Part shown: positions 42,660 to 52,660 of the stretch, piece by piece
Layout: every line of letters starts with the position of its first letter
Numbering within the stretch: position 1 is the first letter of the stretch
Assembly (NCBI GenBank): GCA_965215125.1
Contig: OZ244052.1
Coordinates: 1,312,001-1,376,000 of the forward strand
From: an uncultured candidatus Porisulfidus sp.
GTDB taxonomy: Bacteria > Pseudomonadota > Gammaproteobacteria > Poriferisulfidales > Oxydemutatoraceae
Direction of reading: 5' to 3'
Length of the DNA: 64,000 nt
Made by a program: the position numbers and the translations under genes
The notes under the pieces: model-generated
The model's database searches: none
Told to the model about the DNA's origin: nothing
What the model saw: only the letters and a program-made list of their open reading frames with translations

Positions 42660-44057
42660 ATGTCAGAAGAAATCATTCTAAAATCTCGTGAAGATAGAGA
42701 ATTCATTACTCTTACAAAAACCAAAGATAACAAATACATTTCAAAGTCTAGTCATGACCATCCGTGGGCTAGAGGTGAAATTGATAATGCCGTTTTGAGA
42801 TCTCGTATTGAACCCTGGTTAACGGCACTATTTCAATCTGAACATTTTTCTTTGTTGGTAGGTGCTGGATTGACTGAAGCAGTGCTTGGTTTGGCGCAAT
42901 CTGATGACAAACCTAAGATGCCGACACCACGGTTTAGTGAGTTTTCAGAACAGATTAACGATGCCTCAAAGGTTTCTGATGCAAACAATTTAACTACTAC
43001 CGATATTGAATTACAACTTCAAGTAGCCAACGAACTACTTATAGGATTAAAACATTTGCATCAGAGAAACGAGAATAACGAACAAATTTCTACGCTAGAA
43101 AACGAAATTACAGAGTTTCTCAAAGAATTTTCGGAATACATTTTGGAACTAGAAAATAAAATAGTAGAAGCTAAAAATAGGAAACAAGCTTTTAATTATT
43201 TAGTCAACTTCCTAACTAGTTTTGCTAGCCGTTCCGGCCCTAGAGACCGATTACAAATTTTCACCACAAATTACGACCGGGTTATTGAGATAGGTGCGGA
43301 AGTGGCAGGATTACGCTTACTTGACCGTTTTGTAGGCAGTGTTTCTCCTATTTTTAGGTCTTCAAGATTGAATGTTGATATGCACTACAATCCGCCCGGT
43401 ATACGGGGAGAACCTCGCTATTTAGAAGGTGTTATCCACTTCACTAAATTGCATGGTTCTATTGATTGGAAGCAGTTAAATAAAGATATTCGTCGGATAG
43501 GTTTGCCGTTTGGTGCAAAAAGCCTTGATCCCTATTTAGAAAACTCTAACAAATTAATGATCTATCCGAACGCCGCCAAAGATAAAGCAACAGTCGTTTA
43601 TCCTTATGTAGAAATGTTTAGAGATTTCGCTGCTTCTATATGTAGGCCGAACAATACATTGGTTACATACGGTTATAGTTATAACGATGACCATATCAAC
43701 CGAATAATAGAGGATATGCTTACTATACCGTCCACTCATTTAGTCATTATTTCGTATGGTAATAAAGATAAAAAGATTAAAAGCATGTATAAAGAGATTG
43801 GCAGACCAGCTCAAATCACACTTCTCATAGGGAAGGATTTAGCTGGATTAAAACCACTGGTGGATAATTATCTGCCTAAAGCGGCGATTGACCGTATTAC
43901 TTCTCGCATGGTGGATTTACTCAAATCGCGTTTAGAAACCGAAAGTAATTCTGAAATCGAAACTGCAAAGTTTATCAAAGAGACACCCGAGCCTAATTTA
44001 GATCGCAATGAAAGCGAAACATCAAATACTATAAATGACGACGACCTCGATTTTTGA
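42660..44057 (+). CDS. SIR2-like NADase of a Sir2-HerA defence system
   Basis: LLVGAG, FTTNYD, KLHGSIDW, GYSYNDDHIN; overlaps the herA start. Confidence 0.9.
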   Translation: MSEEIILKSREDREFITLTKTKDNKYISKSSHDHPWARGEIDNAVLRSRIEPWLTALFQSEHFSLLVGAGLTEAVLGLAQSDDKPKMPTPRFSEFSEQINDASKVSDANNLTTTDIELQLQVANELLIGLKHLHQRNENNEQISTLENEITEFLKEFSEYILELENKIVEAKNRKQAFNYLVNFLTSFASRSGPRDRLQIFTTNYDRVIEIGAEVAGLRLLDRFVGSVSPIFRSSRLNVDMHYNPPGIRGEPRYLEGVIHFTKLHGSIDWKQLNKDIRRIGLPFGAKSLDPYLENSNKLMIYPNAAKDKATVVYPYVEMFRDFAASICRPNNTLVTYGYSYNDDHINRIIEDMLTIPSTHLVIISYGNKDKKIKSMYKEIGRPAQITLLIGKDLAGLKPLVDNYLPKAAIDRITSRMVDLLKSRLETESNSEIETAKFIKETPEPNLDRNESETSNTINDDDLDF

Positions 44058-46239
44058 ACAATTAGAATCTTTATGCATTGGGACGGTAGAGTTTGTATCC
44101 CCAGATGAAATAAAAGTCTCCTTAAACCTAGAAGCTCCCGAATCACTAGCCTTAAATGCAGAAAATCCTATAACTTTTCCTAAAATTAACAACTATTTGC
44201 TTATTCCCAACAATGAGGGATATTTAGTCGGACAAATAGAATGGTTAGCAAGTGAACGAGTACCCTATACAAAACGCAAGGATATACAAAAGGATTCTGG
44301 ATTGGTTGACCTGCCGTATCCTTCAAGAAAAATGAGCCTTAATCCTGTTGGGATACTAAACGAGATAAGAGGCGAGGCAGATAAAGAGAAAAAGGATTTT
44401 GAATTTAAGCGTGGCGTTAATGTATTTCCATCGGTGGGAGATAATGTTTTACTTCCTACGCAAGAGCAACTTCATGCAATTATAGTATCGGGAGAAGATA
44501 AACAAGTAAGTATTGGCATTAGCCCACTTGTAGATGGTGCTGAAGTATGCGTTAATCCAGATCGTTTATTTGGTCGACACCTCGCTGTTTTAGGCAATAC
44601 AGGAAGTGGCAAATCCTGTTCTGTAGCAGGACTTATCCGCTGGTCATTGGAAGCAGTTTCCAAAAAGGAGAAAAAACCGAATGCTCGTTTTATCGTGTTA
44701 GATCCAAACGGAGAATATTCCAAAGCCTTTGGATCCGATAATAGCAATGATTCTGTAGTTAAAGCACGAATATTTCAGGCGGAACCGAATGGCAAAAATA
44801 AAAAATTACAAGTACCTCTTTGGTTTTTGAATAGTTCCGAATGGGCTGCTTTTGCTCAAGCTAGTGAAAAAATGCAAAAGCCTACACTTGTGGATGCACT
44901 TAGTAATGTGAGGAGTGGACGCACGGAGTTCACTAGGAATAAAGGTCATGAGATGAGAAATTTTCTTAGAACAATTGTTACAATTATCCATGCAGCAAAA
45001 AATTCTGGCGATCCCTGGGGGAAGTTTCCTAAACCTAAAGGCTTCCTTGAGAAGATAAAGAAATGGAATGAGGGAGGGTTAGAAGAAGATGGTGTATTTT
45101 CAGAGAATCAAAAGAAAGCAATGCATATGCTAAAAGAATATATTGATGGGCTTGTGGAAGAGCGTCCTATAGAAAAAAGTACTAATTATGATTTTAAAAA
45201 ACATCAAATAGACTGTCTCTTAGAATTAGCCCAGCAGGCTTATTATGCTTTTGGTGGTAAAGACGAAGATCTCTTAGCAATAGGTGCGGATATCCCAAAG
45301 CCATTTTTCAAAGAATCATTTATTAGAAGTGTTGAGGCAAGTGCGGAAATGTTAAAAGCAGTTGAATATGTAGAACCTTTGCTTATGCGTATTCGTGCCA
45401 TGCTAGGCGACCAAAGAATGAAATCAATTATGGATGACTCTGGTAGTAAAATTACACTTGCTCAATGGCTAAAAGATTATATTGGTGGAGATGAAAATGA
45501 AAGTAACATAACAATCATTGATTTGTCATTAATTCCTGCTGATGTAATCCATATTATTACTGCTGTTATTGCGAGGATGGTTTTTGAAGCCTTGCAACGT
45601 TATAGAAAAATTCATACCGAGAAGAAAACTTTACCGGTGGTTATGGTTATGGAAGAAGCCCATACATTCGTGAAACGCTATAAAGACGATATTGAAAATA
45701 GAGGCTCAGCTACTATTTGCTGTCAAATATTTGAAAAAATTGCCCGAGAAGGTCGTAAATTTGGATTAGGGTTAGTTATTTCATCACAACGTCCTTCTGA
45801 GTTGTCTCCTACTGTTCTTTCTCAATGCAATACGTTTTTACTCCATCGTATTAGCAACGACAGAGATCAAGATCTAGTAAAGCGATTCATTCCCGAAAGT
45901 CAAAAAGGAGTACTTAGAGAACTACCCGTACTTCCTTCGCAACAAGCAATTTTAATGGGTTGGGCTTCTGAACTTCCTTTGCTGGTAAAAATGCACTATT
46001 TGCCGGAAGAACAGCAACCACAATCGGATGATCCAGATCTTTGGAAAGTTTGGACTCGAGAAAATGACAGAAAAGTAGACTGGGACGAAATCGCTGATGA
46101 TTGGGTCAAGCCGGAAGAGGAAACCAATTATGAGGCAGAAAGCACCAATCAAACAGAAAATTTTGATGAAAAGAAAATTGATTCTGAGACAGACAGTACT
46201 AATCAAATAAAAAGTCCTGATGATGACATCCCATTTTAA
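44035..46239 (+). CDS. herA: HerA/DUF87 ATPase of a Sir2-HerA defence system
   Basis: HLAVLGNTGSGKS, DPNGEY, EEAH, REGRKFG..SQRPSE. Confidence 0.92.
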   Translation: MTTTSIFEQLESLCIGTVEFVSPDEIKVSLNLEAPESLALNAENPITFPKINNYLLIPNNEGYLVGQIEWLASERVPYTKRKDIQKDSGLVDLPYPSRKMSLNPVGILNEIRGEADKEKKDFEFKRGVNVFPSVGDNVLLPTQEQLHAIIVSGEDKQVSIGISPLVDGAEVCVNPDRLFGRHLAVLGNTGSGKSCSVAGLIRWSLEAVSKKEKKPNARFIVLDPNGEYSKAFGSDNSNDSVVKARIFQAEPNGKNKKLQVPLWFLNSSEWAAFAQASEKMQKPTLVDALSNVRSGRTEFTRNKGHEMRNFLRTIVTIIHAAKNSGDPWGKFPKPKGFLEKIKKWNEGGLEEDGVFSENQKKAMHMLKEYIDGLVEERPIEKSTNYDFKKHQIDCLLELAQQAYYAFGGKDEDLLAIGADIPKPFFKESFIRSVEASAEMLKAVEYVEPLLMRIRAMLGDQRMKSIMDDSGSKITLAQWLKDYIGGDENESNITIIDLSLIPADVIHIITAVIARMVFEALQRYRKIHTEKKTLPVVMVMEEAHTFVKRYKDDIENRGSATICCQIFEKIAREGRKFGLGLVISSQRPSELSPTVLSQCNTFLLHRISNDRDQDLVKRFIPESQKGVLRELPVLPSQQAILMGWASELPLLVKMHYLPEEQQPQSDDPDLWKVWTRENDRKVDWDEIADDWVKPEEETNYEAESTNQTENFDEKKIDSETDSTNQIKSPDDDIPF

Positions 46240-46314
46240 GGCAACATAATTGTTCAGCGTTAACAGAATGATTTTTTTACGAAAGCAAACGATTTCAAAC
46301 GCCAAGCGATAAAT

Positions 46315-46376
46315 CATGCTTTCCCTCTACGAATCCGGAACTGATGAACGGTGAGGCACGGGTAAAACAGCCTTAA
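46315..46376 (+). pseudogene. Chimeric scar: hsdR 5' start fused to a second hsdS 3' end
   Basis: 46315-46337 is identical to 49448-49470 (23 bp); from the shared CCG it reads PELMNGEARVKQP*, versus PKLMSGKARVVK* in the intact HsdS. Confidence 0.8.
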
Positions 46377-46516
46377 TGCCGGATAAGAAAACACCTACAA
46401 AATAAGGTGTAAATTTATCTTATCAAAGTGTCGTTTAATCTATAATGTGCTTTTACCTATTGCTTTTAGCACCGAATATAATTTCAATACTCCGGAAGTT
46501 TTTAATATACAGAAAA

Positions 46517-47410
46517 ATGGATGACAAGGGAAAATATCTAGCCAGAATACTCTTTAAGCTAAAAATACACGAAACCGAAGGAAAATCTTTTGAAGATTTA
46601 TTTGCTCACATTATGAACTATTCAGAACCGGATTTTCAAAGGATAAAACCATGGGGCAGTATTGGTGATCGCAAAAATGATGGTTATATTCCTTCACAAG
46701 GAATATATTTTCAGGTCTATGCTCCGGAAGACATACGCAAATCTCTCGGTAATGCAATTAAGAAGCTGGAATCCGATTTTGCCGGTCTTTTAGAAAAGTG
46801 GAAAGAAATCAAAGCATATTATTTTGTTATCAACGATAAATATCATGGAGTGCCGGCACATCTTTTACAAGCCATACAAAAAATTGCCAATGATCATGAG
46901 ATAAAAGCAGAGGTTTGGGGTGTTAATAAACTGGAGGATTTAGTCTTCTCTTCTTTAGATGATGACCAAATATTAAGTATTACCGGTTCATTTCCTAATC
47001 CTGAAGAAATACACTTAGACTATTCTGTTTTAGACGAAGTGATAACACATCTGATGAAAATAGATATTAGCGACATTCAGGATGGTGACATTAAATATCC
47101 GAATTGGGGTGAGAAGATCGAATTTAATGGTTTATCGGAGGCAGTGAAAAGATACTTGGAGCAGGGTTTTTTACATGTTGCCGAACTGGATGAATGTCTT
47201 GACAACAATAGTAATTTTTTTGCGGAACAGGTCAAGGATCGGGTCAGAGAAATTTATATCAATAAAGCCAGAGAGTTTTCGGGAGACAAATTATTTATGA
47301 AAATAATGAATACTATTAGTCATAGGCAGGAACAACTATTCCAATTTGCAGCGATTATAATAATGGCTAAGTATTTTGAAATTTGTGATATTTTTAAGAA
47401 GCCTGAATGA
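46517..47410 (+). CDS. lmuA: Lamassu/ABC-three-component effector: restriction-endonuclease-fold domain plus CTD
   Basis: FEDLF...GDRKNDG...FQVYAP nuclease-like motif; C-terminal YFEICDIF; probable start MDDKGK. Confidence 0.78.
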   Translation: MDDKGKYLARILFKLKIHETEGKSFEDLFAHIMNYSEPDFQRIKPWGSIGDRKNDGYIPSQGIYFQVYAPEDIRKSLGNAIKKLESDFAGLLEKWKEIKAYYFVINDKYHGVPAHLLQAIQKIANDHEIKAEVWGVNKLEDLVFSSLDDDQILSITGSFPNPEEIHLDYSVLDEVITHLMKIDISDIQDGDIKYPNWGEKIEFNGLSEAVKRYLEQGFLHVAELDECLDNNSNFFAEQVKDRVREIYINKAREFSGDKLFMKIMNTISHRQEQLFQFAAIIIMAKYFEICDIFKKPE

Positions 47411-47649
47411 TATTACCTACAAAAAATATTAATTTTTCCAAGTCCCTATTAGGGTTCGGTTCCTATGTGTTGTCACTGCTTGATAGTTCCCAAAGTATTG
47501 ATGATTTATGGCAACAATATCGCAAGGACTATAAGAAGAAGAGATATCCGGGAAAACATACCTTTGATAATTTGATTATGACATTGATTTTTTTATATGT
47601 TGCAGGTTGTATTCTTGAACAGGACGGGCTTATAAAAAGATGCGTTTAA
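47407..47649 (+). CDS. lmuC: ABC-three-component middle component
   Basis: 80 aa; MILPTK..SLL..G, IDDLW, LIFLY..G; overlaps both neighbours. Confidence 0.78.
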   Translation: MILPTKNINFSKSLLGFGSYVLSLLDSSQSIDDLWQQYRKDYKKKRYPGKHTFDNLIMTLIFLYVAGCILEQDGLIKRCV

Positions 47650-49379
47650 TTTCAATATCGGCAAACCAAGATAGCTTCAAAAAAATAGACTTTAATCCAT
47701 CGGGTGCTAGCTTTATTATTGCCGAACAGAAAGACCCCGGCCAGAGCGATAAAAAGAAAACCTACAATGGTGTCGGTAAATCTCTTTTAGTTGCGTTAAT
47801 TGATTTTTGCCTGGGAGCCGGTGCGAGTAGTGGCATCACTAAAACATTAAGTTCGTGTGATGACTTAAAAGATTGGAAGTTTACCTTGAAGATAAGTATA
47901 AAGGGTAAGCCCTACATTATTACAAGATCGGTTGATAATCATAAATCAATTGAGTTGAACGATGAAACTTTGAAACTGACAGAATTTCACCAACGAATGC
48001 AAGAGCTATGTTTTGATATAGAGGAAGGTTTCAAGTTCTTGACTTTTCGTTCTTTGTTACCGTTTTTCCTGAGACCGTCAAAAACTTCATATACAAATTA
48101 TGATAAACCTCAGGCATCTTACACACCGTATCAAAAACTACTTTACAACGCTTTTTTATTAGGCTTGGATGTCTTTTTAGCCGATAAGAAAAAAGTACTA
48201 AAAGACGATTTAACGACACGAAGAAATAGCTTACGAAACACAGAAAAGGATCCCATCATAAGAGGATTTTTCGGTCACAATCAAAATGTGAGTGATGATT
48301 ATCTATTACTTCTTAGGGATATAGAGGAAAAAATTAAAAAATTGGAGGAAGATCTAAAAAATTACAGGGTTGCCAAGGATTATTATCAGCGTCAGGAAGA
48401 AGCGGATCAGTTGAAAAAATTGATTGATGAGAAGCAAAAACAAATCTATCTACATAAAAGTACCATAAAGCGGATCGATCAGAGTTTACGGTTTGAAGTT
48501 GATATAGATCAAAAGGACATTAAAAAGATATACGAGGAATCTAAAAAGGTATTTCAAGTTGAAGTAAAAAAGAGGTTATCGGATTTAGAAAAATTTTATA
48601 CGGATTTGAAGACTAATCGTACAAAAAGATTAGCGGAGCAAAAACGGTCAATTATGAACGAGTTAGAAAAGTTAGAAGAAGAGGCGGCAAAATTACAAGC
48701 ACAATTTGACGAAACCTTAGCATTTCTCGGGTCACATCGCGCATTGGATGTTTTTGTTGAAACAAACAAACAATTAAGTGAGCTAAAACAAAAAAAAGAA
48801 AAGTTGGTTTCTTATCAAGAATTTCAGAAAAAATACAAAAGAGAAATAGAAAAATTAAAACAAAGTTTAAGGGACGAAAACGGCAAAACAACCGAATACT
48901 TGGAAATAAACGAATCTTTTTTAGAATCTATTAATAACGATTTTAGGACTTTGGCAAAGAAATTTTACCCCGATGAACTAGCCGGTATCACGATTGTCAA
49001 TAACGAAGGGGAAAATCAAATTAGATATAACATAGAAGCAAAAATACAATCGGATTCTTCCGATGGAATTAATAGTGTCAAATTGTTTTGTTATGACTTA
49101 TGTGTGCTATTCGGTGCTAACAATCATCATATAGATTTTATTTTTCATGACAGCAGGTTATTCAGCGATATTGATGAAACACATTGTGAGGTGTTGTTTG
49201 ATATTGTTCGCGATAAATTTAAGGATAAGCAATATATAGCGAGTATTAATCAGAAGGACTTAATAACCTTAGCTGAACCGGTTCAGGCTTTTATAAGACA
49301 AAACACGGTTTGTAAACTAAACGATGAATCCGAAGAAGGTAAGTTATTAGGTAGGCGGGTAGAATTGGAATACGACTAG
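47640..49379 (+). CDS. lmuB: SMC-like ABC ATPase (DUF2326-type)
   Basis: Walker A NGVGKS, long coiled coil, SSDG signature, FIFHDS, QYIASIN. Confidence 0.85.
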   Translation: MRLISISANQDSFKKIDFNPSGASFIIAEQKDPGQSDKKKTYNGVGKSLLVALIDFCLGAGASSGITKTLSSCDDLKDWKFTLKISIKGKPYIITRSVDNHKSIELNDETLKLTEFHQRMQELCFDIEEGFKFLTFRSLLPFFLRPSKTSYTNYDKPQASYTPYQKLLYNAFLLGLDVFLADKKKVLKDDLTTRRNSLRNTEKDPIIRGFFGHNQNVSDDYLLLLRDIEEKIKKLEEDLKNYRVAKDYYQRQEEADQLKKLIDEKQKQIYLHKSTIKRIDQSLRFEVDIDQKDIKKIYEESKKVFQVEVKKRLSDLEKFYTDLKTNRTKRLAEQKRSIMNELEKLEEEAAKLQAQFDETLAFLGSHRALDVFVETNKQLSELKQKKEKLVSYQEFQKKYKREIEKLKQSLRDENGKTTEYLEINESFLESINNDFRTLAKKFYPDELAGITIVNNEGENQIRYNIEAKIQSDSSDGINSVKLFCYDLCVLFGANNHHIDFIFHDSRLFSDIDETHCEVLFDIVRDKFKDKQYIASINQKDLITLAEPVQAFIRQNTVCKLNDESEEGKLLGRRVELEYD

Positions 49380-49448
49380 TGTCGTAGTTTGTTCTCTATC
49401 GGTATATGTTTGCCCTAAATACAGCCTCAATCTTCACAATCAACCCCC

Positions 49449-52400
49449 ATGCTTTCCCTCTACGAATCCGAAGTTGAAGAGTGGGTGATAGAGCTTCTGC
49501 AGGAGCAGGGGTATAGCTATCTTTCACCGGAGGAGCAGGAGCGGGCGCGTGGTGGTTTTTCGGAGGTTGTTTTCCGAGAGCATCTAAAGGATGCCGTCAC
49601 TCGCCTTAATCCCGATATTCCCGAAGATGAGCAGGAATATGCGCTACGAGAAGTTTTAGGATTATCCAGTCAGAGTATGATTGAAAACAACGAGACTTTT
49701 CATCGGTACTTGATCGAAGGTTTCTCGTTGGAATACCAAAGAGAAGGCGACACGGTCGGTGGTAAGGTGATGTTGGTTGATTTTGAAAACCCGATGAACA
49801 ACGATCTCATCGTTTGCAATCAGTATACCGTCGTAGGGAATAAAAATAAGACAAAGATACGCCCCGATGTGGTTTTATTAATCAACGGTTTACCTTTGGT
49901 TGTGATTGAACTCAAAAACCCTACCGATGAGAAGGCCACGGTTAAAAAAGCATATACTCAGTTACAGAATTATAAAAAGGCTGCGCCGAGTTTGTTTTAC
50001 TACAACGGGGTTTTGGTTGCGTCGGACGGTCTGGATGCTAGAGCGGGTTCGCTCACGGCGGGCATGGATCGTTTTATGGCATGGAAAACCGTTGACGGTG
50101 TCAGGGAGGATAAAAGCACGACACCACAGGTAGAGACGCTTATTAAAGGGATGCTTCGTCCCGATGTGCTGCTTAACCTTATAAAGCAGTTTACGGTTTT
50201 TGAAAAATCGCAAGCCGAAACCAGCAAAAAAATTGCTGCATACCATCAGTATTACGCAGTGTGCAAGGCAGTGGAGTCAACCATTCGGGCAACTGCGACA
50301 GGAGTTTCCGAAGCAGAGAAGGAAGCACCTGAGGACTCCGATTTGCCGATGGTTAACAGTCAACCGGCGGGTGATAGAAAAGTCGGTGTTGTTTGGCACA
50401 CGCAAGGCAGCGGCAAATCGCTTTCTATGGTTTTTTATGCCGGCAAGTTGATGGGAGATGCGCGTATGAAGAATCCGACCTTGCTCGTGCTTACCGATAG
50501 AAATGATCTTGACGACCAGTTGTTCGGGGCATTTGCGGCGAGTCGGCAATTACTAATAGAAGAACCGGTGCAAGCGCAATCTCGCGATCACTTAAAAAAA
50601 CTTTTGCAAACACAAGGCGGTGGCATCGTTTTTACAACGATTCAAAAATTTTCTCCCGAAGAGGATAGAGAGCAATTCGAGTTACTTTCGGGGCGTGAAA
50701 ACATCGTTGTTATTGCCGATGAGGCGCATCGCTCTCAATACGGCTTCAAAGCGATAACCGGCATAAAAGATAATCGGGTATCTATACGCTATGGTTTTGC
50801 TAAGTATCTGCGGGATGCCTTACCGAACGCCTCTTTTATCGGTTTTACCGGCACACCGATTGAGAGAGCGGACATTTCAACACGGGCAATTTTCGGTAAT
50901 TACATTGACATTTATGATATTCAACAATCGGTGGAAGATGGGGCAACTATTCCCATTTACTATGCATCGCGTCTAGCGCATGTGCATCTGAAGCCGGAGG
51001 AAATGCAAAAGCTGGATGATGAGGTTGAACAGATTACCGAAGATCAGGAGTTCACCGCTACGGAGAAAGCGAAGGCAAAATGGGCGCAAATGGAAGCGAT
51101 CGTAGGTAATGAGGAACGGCTGAAAGTAGTTGCACAAGACATCGTTGAGCATTTTGAGGAACGACAAAAAGCACTTGAAGGCAAAGGCATCATTGTTGCA
51201 ATGAGCCGGCGTATTGCCGTTGCGCTATACGACATGATTACTAAGTTTCGTCCGGATTGGCACGATACCGATCTTGAGAAGGGGCAGATAAAGGTCATTA
51301 TGACTTCTAATTCAAGCGACCCGTCAAGTTATCAGCCGCATCGTACAACCAAGAGGCAAAAGAAAGAATTGGGGGATCGGTTTAAGGATCCCACGGATTC
51401 TTTGAAGCTGGTTATCGTGCGAGATATGTGGTTGACCGGTTTTGATGCACCGTCTTTACATACGATGTATATAGACAAACCGATGCGTGGGCATAATCTT
51501 ATGCAGGCGATTGCGCGCGTCAACAGGGTCTATAAAAATAAACCCGGCGGACTTGTGGTGGATTACATCGGAATTGCTCACGACTTAAAGCAGGCACTTG
51601 CGATTTATACGAATAGTGGTGGGCGAGGGCAACCGGCATTGGAACAGGAAACCGCAATTGCAACGATGATAGAAAAATACGAAATCGTTGTGCAGTTGTT
51701 CAATGGTTTTGACTACAAGCGATACTTCGCTGCCGATACTGGAGAAAAACTGACCATCATTTTGGAGGCACAGGAGCATATACTCAATTTGGACGATGGC
51801 AAGAAAAGGTATATAGAACAACTCTCGGTACTAGCCAAAACATTTGCGCTTTCGGTGCCTAGCGACGAGGCAGCGAAAATCAGAGATGAGCTAGGCTTTT
51901 TTGAAGCGGTGAAAGCTAGACTAATAAAACTAGAATCGTCGGATAACGGGAAAAGCGATGCCGAAATAGAAACAGCAATTAAACAAATCGTTGATAAAGC
52001 GATTATGACCGACGAGGTTATCGACATTTTTGATGCAGCGGGAATCAAGAAGCCCGACATTTCTATTCTCTCCGACGAGTTTCTGGAGGAAGTGCGAGGC
52101 ATGCAACATAAAAATCTAGCCATAGAACTTTTGAAAAAAATTCTTAACGATGAAATCAAAGCCAGGATTAAAAAGAATTTTATTCAAGGTAGGAAACTTT
52201 CGGAGATGTTGGATGCTGTGATTAAGCGGTATCGGAATAATTTGTTAACCACGGCACAAGTCATTGAAGAGCTTGTAAGCCTTGCCAAAGAGATAACAGA
52301 TGCCGATAAACGAGGTGAGAGATATGGGCTTTCGCAAGAGGAATTGGCGTTTTATGATGCGCTTGCCGATAATGACAGTGCAAAAAGGGTGCTGGGAGAT

Positions 52401-52619
52401 GACACACTGCGAGATATTGCAAGAATTTTGGTTGAAAAGGTGAAGAAGGGAGCTACTATTGATTGGACTATTAGAGAAAGCGTGCAAGCGGGGCTTCGTG
52501 TTGCCGTGAAAGGCGTGCTGCGTAAATACGGTTATCCGCCCGACAAACAAGAGACTGCAACACAAAATGTTTTGAAGCAAGCAGAGAGTTTTGCCGACGA
52601 ATGGGCTTCCGATCTGTAG
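49449..52619 (+). CDS. hsdR: Type I R-M restriction subunit
   Basis: RPD..LINGLPL..IELK nuclease motif, HTQGSGKS, DEAH, FTGTP, LTGFDAP, QAIARVNR. Confidence 0.98.
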   Translation: MLSLYESEVEEWVIELLQEQGYSYLSPEEQERARGGFSEVVFREHLKDAVTRLNPDIPEDEQEYALREVLGLSSQSMIENNETFHRYLIEGFSLEYQREGDTVGGKVMLVDFENPMNNDLIVCNQYTVVGNKNKTKIRPDVVLLINGLPLVVIELKNPTDEKATVKKAYTQLQNYKKAAPSLFYYNGVLVASDGLDARAGSLTAGMDRFMAWKTVDGVREDKSTTPQVETLIKGMLRPDVLLNLIKQFTVFEKSQAETSKKIAAYHQYYAVCKAVESTIRATATGVSEAEKEAPEDSDLPMVNSQPAGDRKVGVVWHTQGSGKSLSMVFYAGKLMGDARMKNPTLLVLTDRNDLDDQLFGAFAASRQLLIEEPVQAQSRDHLKKLLQTQGGGIVFTTIQKFSPEEDREQFELLSGRENIVVIADEAHRSQYGFKAITGIKDNRVSIRYGFAKYLRDALPNASFIGFTGTPIERADISTRAIFGNYIDIYDIQQSVEDGATIPIYYASRLAHVHLKPEEMQKLDDEVEQITEDQEFTATEKAKAKWAQMEAIVGNEERLKVVAQDIVEHFEERQKALEGKGIIVAMSRRIAVALYDMITKFRPDWHDTDLEKGQIKVIMTSNSSDPSSYQPHRTTKRQKKELGDRFKDPTDSLKLVIVRDMWLTGFDAPSLHTMYIDKPMRGHNLMQAIARVNRVYKNKPGGLVVDYIGIAHDLKQALAIYTNSGGRGQPALEQETAIATMIEKYEIVVQLFNGFDYKRYFAADTGEKLTIILEAQEHILNLDDGKKRYIEQLSVLAKTFALSVPSDEAAKIRDELGFFEAVKARLIKLESSDNGKSDAEIETAIKQIVDKAIMTDEVIDIFDAAGIKKPDISILSDEFLEEVRGMQHKNLAIELLKKILNDEIKARIKKNFIQGRKLSEMLDAVIKRYRNNLLTTAQVIEELVSLAKEITDADKRGERYGLSQEELAFYDALADNDSAKRVLGDDTLRDIARILVEKVKKGATIDWTIRESVQAGLRVAVKGVLRKYGYPPDKQETATQNVLKQAESFADEWASDL

Positions 52620-52660
52620 TCTATTTATCGCGGCTCTCGTTGCATAACTTCAAGAGGAGG

